Below are positions 1-8,943 of a DNA stretch of 53,580 nt, in pieces. The notes beneath the pieces are model-generated. The model worked only from the letters and a program-made list of their open reading frames with translations, did no database searches and had not been told where the DNA came from. Both the position numbers and the translations under genes were made by a program. The DNA is from Acidobacteriota bacterium (GTDB lineage Bacteria > Acidobacteriota > Blastocatellia > Pyrinomonadales > Pyrinomonadaceae): assembly GCA_040006435.1 (NCBI GenBank), contig JBDTWZ010000001.1:1-53580 (forward strand), given 5' to 3'. How positions within the stretch are numbered: the first letter of the stretch is position 1; every line of letters begins with the position of its first letter.

Positions 1-113
1 ACGACGCTCTGCTTGTTTCCTGAATCATAGAACATTCGCAGGTCCGGAAGGCGGGCTTGCCCCCGCTCATTCGTTGCGTGAGAATATGCTTCACGCAGAC
101 AAAGAGGAATGCC

Positions 114-1808
114 ATGGTAACCAACTTAATTTCTTATTCCCTCACGCCTGATTTGCAGGACGCCGTGCAAGCTGAGGTCGAATCCTGGAAAGCGGACGAC
201 AAGGTCGCGCGCATTTGGGCGCGGGACGCTTCTGTCTGGACCGGCAACGACGAAGAACAGTGGCTCGGATGGCTGGATATTGTCGATCAAGAGTTAGGTG
301 ATCTTAAGAAATACCGAGACCTTGCCGCGGAAATCGAGCAAGCCGGATTCACAGACATTCTACTGATGGGAATGGGCGGCTCATCGTTGTGCCCCGAAGT
401 CCTCGCGATGACGTTTGGCAAAACAAACTTTCACATTCTCGACTCGACCGTGCCGGCGCGGGTCAAAGCCGTCGAGGACAAACTCGATCTCCCGAAAACT
501 CTTTTCATCGTCGCAAGCAAATCGGGCTCGACACTCGAGCCGAATTGTTTCAAACAATATTTCTTTGAACGCGTTTCTCAGATTTCCGAGACGCCCGGAA
601 AACAATTCGTCGCCATCACCGATCCCGGTTCGAAGATGGAGCAGATCGCGAAGGCCGATGGATTTCGACACATCTTCTACGGAAATCCGGAGATCGGGGG
701 GCGATTTTCGGCCCTGTCGGCGTTTGGCCTTGCGGCGGCTGCCTCGATGGGTTTGGATGTTGAGATCCTCTTGCAACGAGCCTCGGAGATGATTTCCGAA
801 TGCCGCAACCTCGTGCCGCAGGAAAATCCCGGCGCACCGCTTGGACTGATTCTCGGCGTATGCCATCGACATGGAAAGGATAAGCTGACGATCTTTGTTT
901 CGCCGGCGCTTCACGATGTCGGAGCGTGGCTCGAACAATTGATCGCCGAATCCACCGGCAAGAACGGCGTCGCGATAATTCCGGTGGATCGAGAGCCGAT
1001 GATCGACGCGGAGAATTATCACAGTGACCGGGTGTTCGTACACCTCGGTATGAAAGACTCGGCCACCGATGAGCGAATTCACCAAGGGTTGGAAGATATC
1101 GAACGCGCGGGACACCCGATGATCCGCATCGAACTCGAATCGCTCTATCACATCTCACAGGAATTTTTCCGTTGGGAGTTTGCGACAGCCGTCGCCGGTT
1201 CGGTGATGAAGATCAATCCGTTCAATCAGCCGGATGTCGAATCGGCAAAGATCGAGGCGCGGAGGATCACCGATCAGTATGAAGAGACCGGCTCGCTTCC
1301 CGACGAAACTCCGTTTTTCGAAGAGAGTGGAATCGCGTTATTCAGCAATGATGCGAACGTCGCGGCACTGGACGTTATCGCCGGTGATACCCGTTCGCTT
1401 GCCGGATATCTAAAAGCTCACATCTCGCGTATCGAGGCAAACGACTATTTCGCATTGCTCGCTTACGTTGAAATGAATTCGGAGAATGAAACTCTGTTGC
1501 AGGCCCTGCGCGAAACCGTCCTCAATCAGACCCTCGCTGCAACCTGTCTCGGCTTCGGTCCCCGATTCTTGCACTCTACCGGTCAGGCGTACAAGGGTGG
1601 CGGGAACAACGGAGTCTTTTTACAGATAACTGCCGACGACGAAGCCGATCTTCCGGTGCCGAAACAACAATATTCTTTTGGCATTGTGAAGTCGGCGCAG
1701 GCACGCGGCGACTTTCAGGTACTGCTGGATCGAGGACGGCGGGCGCTTCGTGTGCATTTACCGCCTGATGTTCGGAGCGGATTGTCTCGTCTTCTCGAGT
1801 GTCTCTGA
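114..1808 (+). CDS. pgi: glucose-6-phosphate isomerase
   Basis: Long ORF with SIS/PGI motifs MGMGGSSLCPEV and SKSGSTLEP. The ATG at 114 is preceded by AGAGGA and is preferred over the TTG at 57 used by the ORF track. Confidence 0.9.
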   Translation: MVTNLISYSLTPDLQDAVQAEVESWKADDKVARIWARDASVWTGNDEEQWLGWLDIVDQELGDLKKYRDLAAEIEQAGFTDILLMGMGGSSLCPEVLAMTFGKTNFHILDSTVPARVKAVEDKLDLPKTLFIVASKSGSTLEPNCFKQYFFERVSQISETPGKQFVAITDPGSKMEQIAKADGFRHIFYGNPEIGGRFSALSAFGLAAAASMGLDVEILLQRASEMISECRNLVPQENPGAPLGLILGVCHRHGKDKLTIFVSPALHDVGAWLEQLIAESTGKNGVAIIPVDREPMIDAENYHSDRVFVHLGMKDSATDERIHQGLEDIERAGHPMIRIELESLYHISQEFFRWEFATAVAGSVMKINPFNQPDVESAKIEARRITDQYEETGSLPDETPFFEESGIALFSNDANVAALDVIAGDTRSLAGYLKAHISRIEANDYFALLAYVEMNSENETLLQALRETVLNQTLAATCLGFGPRFLHSTGQAYKGGGNNGVFLQITADDEADLPVPKQQYSFGIVKSAQARGDFQVLLDRGRRALRVHLPPDVRSGLSRLLECL

Positions 1809-1829
1809 TCCAAGCATAAAACTGTAGTT

Positions 1830-1884
1830 ATAAAGGAGATGAAGGGGATCTGCTGCATAACAAATCCCCCTCCATCTCCTTTAT
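1830..1884. terminator. hairpin between convergent pgi and radical-SAM genes (possible bidirectional terminator)
   Basis: Imperfect inverted repeat ATAAAGGAGATGAAGGGGAT / ATCCCCCTCCATCTCCTTTAT with a 14-nt loop, lying between the two stop codons. There is no clean T-run, so the terminator role is inferred. Confidence 0.5.
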
Positions 1885-1897
1885 CCCTGCCAGAACT

Positions 1898-3847
1898 CTA
1901 GACACCAACCGTTTCGTCGTCTTCGATCAAATACGGCGAAACTGACGCCTTATCGATATCTTCTTCGAGAACCTTTGCGATCACAGGCAGAGACAGCGAA
2001 CGCGTTTTCTGGATTCCCGGAACTTCCTTTCCCTTCGCATAGACGGCGTGACGGCCGTTTTCCTGATACCACTCGGAAAGTGATGCCGTCTTGTGCATCT
2101 CTTCGATGATCTGCCGCCAGCCAACGCCGGTGTTGTATGCGCAAAAGCTGATCTCGCCTTCCTGCGTTCCGTACGGAATTACGCACATCTCGGTGCGGCG
2201 GAAGTCGTAGTTAAAAAGATCCTGGAACCACATTCCTTCGACACATAGAACGCGCCAAACGTCATCGTCGGATTTCTCGACCTTCATTCGATCGTTTCGG
2301 TCCGAGTTCGATGTCGTCGACGATGGTTTGAAAAGATTGATGATCTGCGAGATCGGGAATCCATCCGGAGCTTTCGCCGCGTCGTAATTGCGCATGATCG
2401 CCATCCCGAGTTGGGCCATCGTCAGCTTTTTGCCCCGGGCAGTATCGGTGATCGTCGCGACGTCCTTCATGAACTGCTCGTAGTTGAAAAATTCGAACAG
2501 CGATTTCGTCAGGCCGCTCTTTTTGTTGACGACCATCAGCGTGAATATCCCGCAATTCGGATGGCAATTGCACGACGACCAACCCCACGGAGCATCGGCA
2601 CCTTGCAGCATGTCCATGACGGATGTAAACGCGGAATAGCTGGACAGCGGAAACCAATCGCGCATCGGCTCGAGCACACCATCAAGCTGTTCTTTCAGAT
2701 CGTGCGTCATTCCCGCAAGTGTGTATCGCTGTTTGATGCGGTCCTCATCCGAAATGTCCTCATCGCGTCCGGTGAACGATACGGGCTGGAACGCGATCGT
2801 TTGAACCTTGTCGATGTTCTCCGCGGCAAATTTCACGATGCTGCCAATCCCGTTGTTGTTCCAGGAATTTACGATGGTCGTAACGAGCGTCACCTTAACA
2901 CCGACCGACGCGAGATTCTCGATCGCCTTGAGCTTGACGTCGAACAGATTGCCGACGCCACGATGCTCGTTGTCTTTCTCGTTGGTTCCGTCGAACTGAA
3001 GATAAACGCCGTGCTGGCCCGCTTCTTTCGCTGCCTTGCAAAACTCGATGTCCTCGGCATAACGGATGCCGTTAGTCGCGGCGAGAATCCGGTAGAATCC
3101 GACCTTCTTCGCGTAAGCAACGGCGTCGAGAAAGTATGGCGAGAGCGTCGGCTCGCCGCCTGAGAACAAAATGATGATCTGACGTTTTGGCTTGAACGAG
3201 ACGGCTCGATCGAGGATCGCTTTCGTATCTTCGAACGTCGGTTCGTGAACGTATCCAACCTGGTTCGCGTCCATAAAGCACGGATTGCACATCATGTTGC
3301 AGCGGTTGGTCAGATCTACGGTGAGCACCGCTCCGCGGCCGAACTTAATATCGCTCGTCCCGTGATGATGAACGTGTTTGTCCTCAGCCGCTTTGAAATC
3401 ACGTCCATAAAAAAGCGATTCGATACGGTTAAGAAAAGCGGAGTCGGTCGCCAGTACGTCAACGAACTCGCCGTGCGTTGTGCATGTCTTTCGCATCAGC
3501 ACCTGGCCGTTTTCTTCGACGATCTGGGCCTTGATCTCGCCCGGATGCGAATCCATCAAAATGTTCAGCGGAATGTCGCCGGAGATCACGCCGTTGCGGA
3601 CAGACTTTACGCATGAAGGACACAAGCTGTCGGTCTCGCGAGGAAATCCCAGCGGAGGCGCCGTACGTTCGTACGATTTCAAGAGCGGCTCGGCGGCCCA
3701 TGCGGGCTGTATCGACTCGCCTTCAGGAATCGCCTTATTGAGAGCCTGAAACGCCTTCCAGCCAAGATCGGCCATCTTTGAAACGGCCTTCGAACCTGTC
3801 TTGCCGTTCCCCTTTCCTTCACCTCGTCTGAAATTATCGCTAAACAT
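1898..3847 (-). CDS. large radical SAM enzyme with N-terminal Zn-ribbon-like segment and Cys-rich C-terminal half (possible tetraether-lipid-synthase-like protein)
   Basis: CNMMCNPC (CxxxCxxC) cluster motif, FSGGEPT SAM motif, N-terminal CPSC...CTTHGEF segment and C-terminal SSCNCHPNCG / CVIPYG...FCAYN cysteines. Start set at ATG 3847 (alternative 3775). The ORF-track extension to 4207 overlaps the divergent MOSC gene and is rejected. Confidence 0.85.
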   Translation of the reverse strand: MFSDNFRRGEGKGNGKTGSKAVSKMADLGWKAFQALNKAIPEGESIQPAWAAEPLLKSYERTAPPLGFPRETDSLCPSCVKSVRNGVISGDIPLNILMDSHPGEIKAQIVEENGQVLMRKTCTTHGEFVDVLATDSAFLNRIESLFYGRDFKAAEDKHVHHHGTSDIKFGRGAVLTVDLTNRCNMMCNPCFMDANQVGYVHEPTFEDTKAILDRAVSFKPKRQIIILFSGGEPTLSPYFLDAVAYAKKVGFYRILAATNGIRYAEDIEFCKAAKEAGQHGVYLQFDGTNEKDNEHRGVGNLFDVKLKAIENLASVGVKVTLVTTIVNSWNNNGIGSIVKFAAENIDKVQTIAFQPVSFTGRDEDISDEDRIKQRYTLAGMTHDLKEQLDGVLEPMRDWFPLSSYSAFTSVMDMLQGADAPWGWSSCNCHPNCGIFTLMVVNKKSGLTKSLFEFFNYEQFMKDVATITDTARGKKLTMAQLGMAIMRNYDAAKAPDGFPISQIINLFKPSSTTSNSDRNDRMKVEKSDDDVWRVLCVEGMWFQDLFNYDFRRTEMCVIPYGTQEGEISFCAYNTGVGWRQIIEEMHKTASLSEWYQENGRHAVYAKGKEVPGIQKTRSLSLPVIAKVLEEDIDKASVSPYLIEDDETVGV

Positions 3848-3955
3848 AATATTTGTCGGAGTGGGACGCACGAATCCCGGCGAACATCTTAACAAATATC
3901 TACCTGTCCTGCCCAATCTTGTGGCCCGTGGGCAAAATCGATATATTCGCCAATT

Positions 3956-4597
3956 ATGAGAGTTGTAACAGTTTCGGTGGGACAGCCGCAAATTGTTCAG
4001 ACTGGAAGCGAAGGATTTGTCCTCACGTCTATATTCAAGCATCGGGTTGACGGACGCGTGAGAGTGAATGAACTGAATCTTGCAGGCGATGCCCAGGCCG
4101 ACCTCACAGTACATGGCGGATGGAGCAAAGCTGTCTACGTTTACCCCGGTGAGCATTACGAATATTGGCGGAACGGGCTGCCGGAAATGGAACTGGGCGA
4201 TTCTCAATTCGGAGAGAACCTGACAACCGAAGGCTTGCTCGAAACCGAAGTATTTATCGGAGACAAAATTCGTATTGGAACAGCGGAGTTTGTCGTCACC
4301 GAACCCCGCATGCCGTGCTACAAACTCGGCATACGTTTTCGTCGAAAGGATATTCTTCGCCGGTTTCTACAGAGTCGAAAAAGCGGATTCTATCTTGCCG
4401 TAACAAAGACGGGGGAGCTTGCGGCCGGCGACGATATCGAAATTCTATCTCGAGATAAAAACGAGGTAACGGTCACGGATATCGTCAGGGTGTGGGTCCA
4501 GGACAAGGACGATCGAGAGACGATGGCGCGCGCTTTAAATATTGATGCGTTTCCCGAAAGCTGGAAGGAACCGTTCCGCGACCGACTCGCGGGTTAG
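3956..4597 (+). CDS. MOSC domain-containing protein (YiiM-like)
   Basis: 213 aa with typical MOSC beta-barrel motifs (GDAQADLTVHGG, TEPRMPCYKLG). The ATG start is divergent from the radical-SAM gene. Confidence 0.85.
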   Translation: MRVVTVSVGQPQIVQTGSEGFVLTSIFKHRVDGRVRVNELNLAGDAQADLTVHGGWSKAVYVYPGEHYEYWRNGLPEMELGDSQFGENLTTEGLLETEVFIGDKIRIGTAEFVVTEPRMPCYKLGIRFRRKDILRRFLQSRKSGFYLAVTKTGELAAGDDIEILSRDKNEVTVTDIVRVWVQDKDDRETMARALNIDAFPESWKEPFRDRLAG

Positions 4598-4614
4598 ACG
4601 TCGCCCCGCGGAAG

Positions 4615-5994
4615 CTACTCGGTGAGACGGGCAACGGCAAAAACACTACCGGTGATCGACATGTTCGGGTTCTGCGTGTAACCGACGACAAGCAGCTTCC
4701 CGTCCGGTTGGAGAGTAACGTCGCTGGCTCCCGCATTTTGGCCGGCGGTGAATGAAAATGACGTTTGCTCCTCGAACGCTCCAGTTGCAGAGAACCGGGC
4801 AACCAAAAAACTTGGAGTCGTCTCCGAGCCGATCTCGCCGGCTATTCGGATCTTACCGTCCGGTGAAATTGCGATCGAATTTGCAATATCCGTAGCGCCG
4901 GGAGCGAAGTCGTTTACCACAACGCCGTCGCTTCCAAACGTGGTGTCCCGTCTGCCGTTCGGTCTAAAGCGCGCCATCCATACATCCGTGTCTGAACTCA
5001 CAACGTTGCCGCAAAGAAGTATGTTGCCGTCAGCCTGCAGCAATGCCTTACGAACGGTACCAGTCAAGCCAGAGCCAAACGCAACACGCACAAAGCCAGA
5101 ACGACCGAACGTCTTGTCCCAATTTCCCGTCTCTGTCAGGCGGGCAAAGAAAAACTCACTCGAGCCGGTTGGCGAGTCGAACGGCGGGACGTGGCCAACA
5201 AGGAGAATCTTCCCGTCGTTCATTGCTATCATTTCGATAAAATTCGTCGGCGAAAATTTGTTAAAGCCAATTCTGAGAACGCCGTTTGCTCCGAAGGTCG
5301 TGTCGCGGGTGCCGTCTGAATTGAGGCGATAGAGAAAATACCCGCCTTCGTCCGTGACAAGCGCAAGAATTTTCCCGTCACTCCTGACGGCGATCTGGAC
5401 AGGTCGCGCGGTGAAAAAACCGAAGCAACATGGACCGATGCTTACGTTCGAAGCAAAGACATTGTCTACTCCTCCATTCGCCGTAAGGCGGACTGTTTGA
5501 ACAGTGCTTGATCCGACAGGAAGCCTTGAAACTTGCGCGATGCGCAAGGTTGATCCATCCGCGTACATCAGTGCATCCGTAAAATTCGTGCGGGCGTCCG
5601 ATCGCCAATCGGTGTGCGTTCCGCCGGAGCCAAAGCCTGAATCGAGGGCCCCGCTCGGCGTCAGTCCGGCCCAGGCAACTCCGGGCAACTGCCCGTCAGG
5701 GCTGATGTTTGAGAACGATCCGACGACAAGTATCCGATTGTTCGGCTGAAGGAAAACTCTAAATGCTTGTGATCTGTAGGTGGTAGACGAATCCGGAAAA
5801 GAGACCGTAACCTTTCCGCTGCCATTGAACGTCGGGTCGAGATTGAATGCGGCGTGTACCGGCAGGAGCCACACAAAGTTGAGGAGCGATATTGTTATGG
5901 ACTTCGTGATCGCACTCCGAAGTCGTGATCGGCGTGTTGTTATCGCGGTTTCCACCTCCACAAAAGAGCAGGTACGGTCCTGGGTGAGAAGCAA
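4615..5994 (-). CDS. secreted beta-propeller repeat protein (delta-60-type repeats)
   Basis: Hydrophobic signal-like segment SITISLLNFVWLLPVHA, followed by degenerate repeats with D-x-x-FG-x-x-G motifs (DPTFNGSG, DSGFGSGG, DTTFGANG, DKTFGRSG, DTTFGSDG). Confidence 0.65.
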   Translation of the reverse strand: MLLTQDRTCSFVEVETAITTRRSRLRSAITKSITISLLNFVWLLPVHAAFNLDPTFNGSGKVTVSFPDSSTTYRSQAFRVFLQPNNRILVVGSFSNISPDGQLPGVAWAGLTPSGALDSGFGSGGTHTDWRSDARTNFTDALMYADGSTLRIAQVSRLPVGSSTVQTVRLTANGGVDNVFASNVSIGPCCFGFFTARPVQIAVRSDGKILALVTDEGGYFLYRLNSDGTRDTTFGANGVLRIGFNKFSPTNFIEMIAMNDGKILLVGHVPPFDSPTGSSEFFFARLTETGNWDKTFGRSGFVRVAFGSGLTGTVRKALLQADGNILLCGNVVSSDTDVWMARFRPNGRRDTTFGSDGVVVNDFAPGATDIANSIAISPDGKIRIAGEIGSETTPSFLVARFSATGAFEEQTSFSFTAGQNAGASDVTLQPDGKLLVVGYTQNPNMSITGSVFAVARLTE

Positions 5995-6035
5995 TACTAT
6001 TTCGATATCTTTTTCCGGGCTAGCCTATCACAACT

Positions 6036-7346
6036 TTACTCGAAGGCCTCCAAATATTTCACGCCAGAACCGGTGTTGAATAGCACGACAGTTTCACCAT
6101 CTTTAACCTCGGCTCGATCGATCAGTGTTAGTAAGGCGGGCAGGCACGCAGCACCCTCGGGAGCGGCAAAAACACCTTCGGTCGCACCGATCTCGCCGAC
6201 GGCTTTCACTAATTCTTCATCGCTCACAGCAATCGCGGTTCCACCCGATGCTCGGATAGCATCTAGGATCAAAAAATCGCCGATGGCTTTTGGAACTCGA
6301 AGGCCGGACGCGACGGTCGAAGCATTCTCGAATTCGTCAGCAAATCTGTCTCCTTTCTCGAACGCCCGCACTATCGGAGCGCAAGTTGCCGATTGGACCG
6401 TTACCATTCTTGGACGGCGCGAATCGATCCAGCCCATCTGCTCCATCTCGTCGAACGCTTTCCACATTCCGATCAAGCCGGTGCCGCCGCCGGTGGGATA
6501 AATGATCACGTCGGGTAAGTAGCGGGCTCTCTGATCGGGCACCACCCCGTCATCCGCTTCGCGGATGCCACCCCTCCTTAAACCAGGAGGGGAGCTATGT
6601 GCCAAACTCCCCTCCTGGTTTAAGGAGGGGTGGCCGAGGCTTTGCGAGGCCGGGGTGGTGCTGTAAGCGCCAAACTGTTCGAAGAGCTCATACCCCATCG
6701 TCTTCTTGCCTTCGACACGATACGGCTCTTTCAGCGTAGATACGTCAAACCAGCCTTCGGCCTCTTTTCTCTCGGCGACTATCTTTCCGCAATCCGTGAT
6801 CAAGCCGTCGACGAGAGTGACGTGCGCTCCCGTCTGCTCGCATTCGACGATGTTCGCTCGCGGAGTGTCGGATGGCATAAAGATAAATGCTTCCATTCCG
6901 GCTCGTGCGGCATACGCTGCCATCGCTCCCGCGGCGTTCCCCGCCGAAGGGACGGCGACCTTTTTCACGCCTAGCTCCTTTGCCATCGAGATCGCGGCCG
7001 TCATGCCGCGGGCTTTGAAGCTCTGCGTCGGGTTCTGGCCCTCGTCCTTGATGAACAGGTTTAGTTTGATCGGCAGTTTTTCCGCAAGTCGGCCGGCTTT
7101 TAGAAGCGGTGTCCAGCCTTCGCCAAAACTAATAATGTTGTCGGGGTTTTCAACCGGCAACACTTCGCGGTATCGCCACAATGACGATTCCCTCGACGCG
7201 AGTGCATCCGGCGTTATTGTCGCCGCAGCTTTTTCGAGGTCATATCGAACGAGCAGCGGCTTGCCGCATTCGACGCAGAGATTCTGCAGTTTATTCGCTT
7301 CGTGCCGCAGTCCGCAGAGCGCGCATTCGAGGTGTGTGACGTTCAT
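6036..7346 (-). CDS. thrC: threonine synthase carrying a 41-codon in-frame repeat insertion
   Basis: N-terminal Cys4 ribbon (CALCG...CVECG), PLP lysine motif TQSFKARG and glycine loop YPTGGGTGLIG. Start set at ATG 7346 (MNVTHLE), which removes the overlap with the upstream gene. Confidence 0.9.
   Translation of the reverse strand: MNVTHLECALCGLRHEANKLQNLCVECGKPLLVRYDLEKAAATITPDALASRESSLWRYREVLPVENPDNIISFGEGWTPLLKAGRLAEKLPIKLNLFIKDEGQNPTQSFKARGMTAAISMAKELGVKKVAVPSAGNAAGAMAAYAARAGMEAFIFMPSDTPRANIVECEQTGAHVTLVDGLITDCGKIVAERKEAEGWFDVSTLKEPYRVEGKKTMGYELFEQFGAYSTTPASQSLGHPSLNQEGSLAHSSPPGLRRGGIREADDGVVPDQRARYLPDVIIYPTGGGTGLIGMWKAFDEMEQMGWIDSRRPRMVTVQSATCAPIVRAFEKGDRFADEFENASTVASGLRVPKAIGDFLILDAIRASGGTAIAVSDEELVKAVGEIGATEGVFAAPEGAACLPALLTLIDRAEVKDGETVVLFNTGSGVKYLEAFE
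6539..6661. repeat. 123-bp nested palindromic element inside thrC
   Basis: Outer 11-bp inverted repeat GCACCACCCCG/CGGGGTGGTGC (6539-6549, 6651-6661). Inner perfect 27-bp inverted repeat (6568-6594, 6607-6633) with a 12-nt loop. Each inner arm contains its own 8-bp hairpin CCCCTCCT-TAAACC-AGGAGGGG. Confidence 0.9.
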
Positions 7347-7383
7347 AGACCGAATCAATATAGCTCGAGCAGCGAGCTCCGGG

Positions 7384-8064
7384 TCACTTCTTCCAAACAA
7401 ATTCTTTGAACAAATTGAAGGCGGCATTAAAGCCGAGTGAGAGGGTACCGCTTCGAACGCCATCTTTCCAATCGTATCGATCCGGGTACCACGTTTCGTA
7501 GGCGATGATGCTCGACGTGAATGTTCCGGCTAAGTTCGGGACGCCGATGACACGCTTACCATACCTATCACGCGCCGTGACGGGCGAGATGAGTACGTTC
7601 CGGATGCGGGCGGACACGCTTTTTTTCCGACTGCGATAGAAATGACTGTCCAATTTCATCGCTTCGTCGAGACCAAACTTCGTAGTTTGTTTGATCGCAT
7701 TCTTACCAAAGTTGGATGCGACGCGGCGCCCAAAACCTTCCCATTTCGTTCCCCACTCTGCCGGCGAATTACGCCAGGTAGAAATTCCCGCGGTCGCGAT
7801 CATTCTTCCAAGAGCGAACGGCCCAACGGTGCTGTTGATGAACCGCTTTTGGCGCGTAGCAGCGGTAGGTCGAACATAGTCAGTAGACGGCTTCACCGTG
7901 AATAGCCCGGGCTGAACCGTCGACCTTTGGAGTTCTTTATTCTGGTCTTTATCCGCAAGGTCGGTTGCGGTCGTTGGATCTGGTGTCGGCGTCGGTGTGG
8001 GGTCCTGCGCTAGTGTGACAGACGTCGCGAACAGAAGAGTCATTAGCAAAAAGTGCGGTTTCAT
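7384..8064 (-). CDS. hypothetical secreted protein
   Basis: Signal peptide MKPHFLLMTLLFATSVTLAQ followed by a PTPTPTPDP linker. No recognisable catalytic motif. Confidence 0.6.
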   Translation of the reverse strand: MKPHFLLMTLLFATSVTLAQDPTPTPTPDPTTATDLADKDQNKELQRSTVQPGLFTVKPSTDYVRPTAATRQKRFINSTVGPFALGRMIATAGISTWRNSPAEWGTKWEGFGRRVASNFGKNAIKQTTKFGLDEAMKLDSHFYRSRKKSVSARIRNVLISPVTARDRYGKRVIGVPNLAGTFTSSIIAYETWYPDRYDWKDGVRSGTLSLGFNAAFNLFKEFVWKK

Positions 8065-8092
8065 GAAATCCCTCCCTTGATTGATAGTCTAT

Positions 8093-8791
8093 CTAAGAGC
8101 TCTTTAGCATCGGCTTCAGCTCTTTATAAATATTCACCATCATGATCTTCGTACCCTCGGCGTTCGGGTGGATGCCATCGGCTTGATTCAATTCTCTCTT
8201 GAGCGCGATGTTCTCCAAAAGGAACGGCAGGTATGCGACCTTGTGCGTCGTCGCGAGATCTGGGAAAGCGTTCGAGTATTCCCTCTGGTAATCCGCGCCC
8301 ATCGTCGGCGGCGCGAGCATTCCGCACAAGAGCACAGCGACATTTTTCGCCTTCGCTTTGCGAATGATCCTATCGAGATTCGTTCTCATCTTCGCAACCG
8401 GAACACCCCGAAGCAGATCGTTTGCACCGAGCTCAAGAACAATGATCTGAACATTCTCCTGTTCGAGAATCCAATCGGCGCGCTCGAGACCGCCAAGGCT
8501 CGTGTCGCCTGAGACACCTGCATTCACAACCTCATAATTGTATCCGTCGGCATTCAAGCGTTCCTGCAAAAGATAGGGGTATGACTCGCGTTCGGTGAGG
8601 CCAAACCCCGCGGTCAGGCTGTCGCCGAACGCGACGATCTTTGGCCGATTCGCCGTCACCTCCGGCGTCTTCAAAGGTTTGTTTGATCCAACGCCGATCT
8701 CGGACGGACGCCCACCCGAGGAACACGCGGCCGCCAGTGACCAGAGAAATATGAAACTTAGAAATGCTGTGTTTCGAATAATATGATTCAT
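8093..8791 (-). CDS. tesA: SGNH/GDSL hydrolase, TesA-like arylesterase/thioesterase
   Basis: Blocks FGDSLTAG, GANDLL and DGIHPN, plus a signal peptide. It is divergent from an ABC ATPase and FtsX permease pair, as in the E. coli tesA-ybbA-ybbP arrangement. Confidence 0.8.
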   Translation of the reverse strand: MNHIIRNTAFLSFIFLWSLAAACSSGGRPSEIGVGSNKPLKTPEVTANRPKIVAFGDSLTAGFGLTERESYPYLLQERLNADGYNYEVVNAGVSGDTSLGGLERADWILEQENVQIIVLELGANDLLRGVPVAKMRTNLDRIIRKAKAKNVAVLLCGMLAPPTMGADYQREYSNAFPDLATTHKVAYLPFLLENIALKRELNQADGIHPNAEGTKIMMVNIYKELKPMLKSS

Positions 8792-8843
8792 GTGAAACTA
8801 AATAATATGCTACGCGATTTAGTAAGCTTTGGATGCAGATTCT

Positions 8844-8937
8844 TTGAGGTGTGAGGTATGAAGTATAAGCGGTGAACTAAAAAGAGCCCGGTCAAAGGTT
8901 CTTTCATCATTCACCATGCATACTTCACACTTCACCG
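8844..8937 (+). repeat. heptamer-periodic GTGA/TCAC hairpin element (copy 1), ending 6 nt before the ybbA ATG
   Basis: Left arm GAGGTGT GAGGTAT GAAGTAT AAGCGGT, core CCGGTCAAA, right arm TTCATCA TTCACCA TGCATAC TTCACAC TTCACCG. The arms are partly complementary (GTGTGAGGTATG against CATACTTCACAC). Confidence 0.65.
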
Positions 8938-8943
8938 TTTTTT

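Noticed and set aside
381-1158. Antisense and alternative-frame ORFs inside pgi. Similar shadows lie at 10106..10825, 15889..16629, 18522..19268, 20625..21578, 25501..26106, 26551..27195, 42614..43333 and 46435..47097
   Set aside because: Each lies entirely within a longer ORF that carries recognisable family motifs. They have Arg/Ser/Pro-rich composition typical of off-frame translation of GC-rich coding DNA.
3848-4207. N-terminal 120-codon extension of the radical-SAM ORF
   Set aside because: It overlaps the well-supported MOSC gene on the other strand, and the sequence is not protein-like. The conserved Zn-ribbon starts well downstream of ATG 3847.
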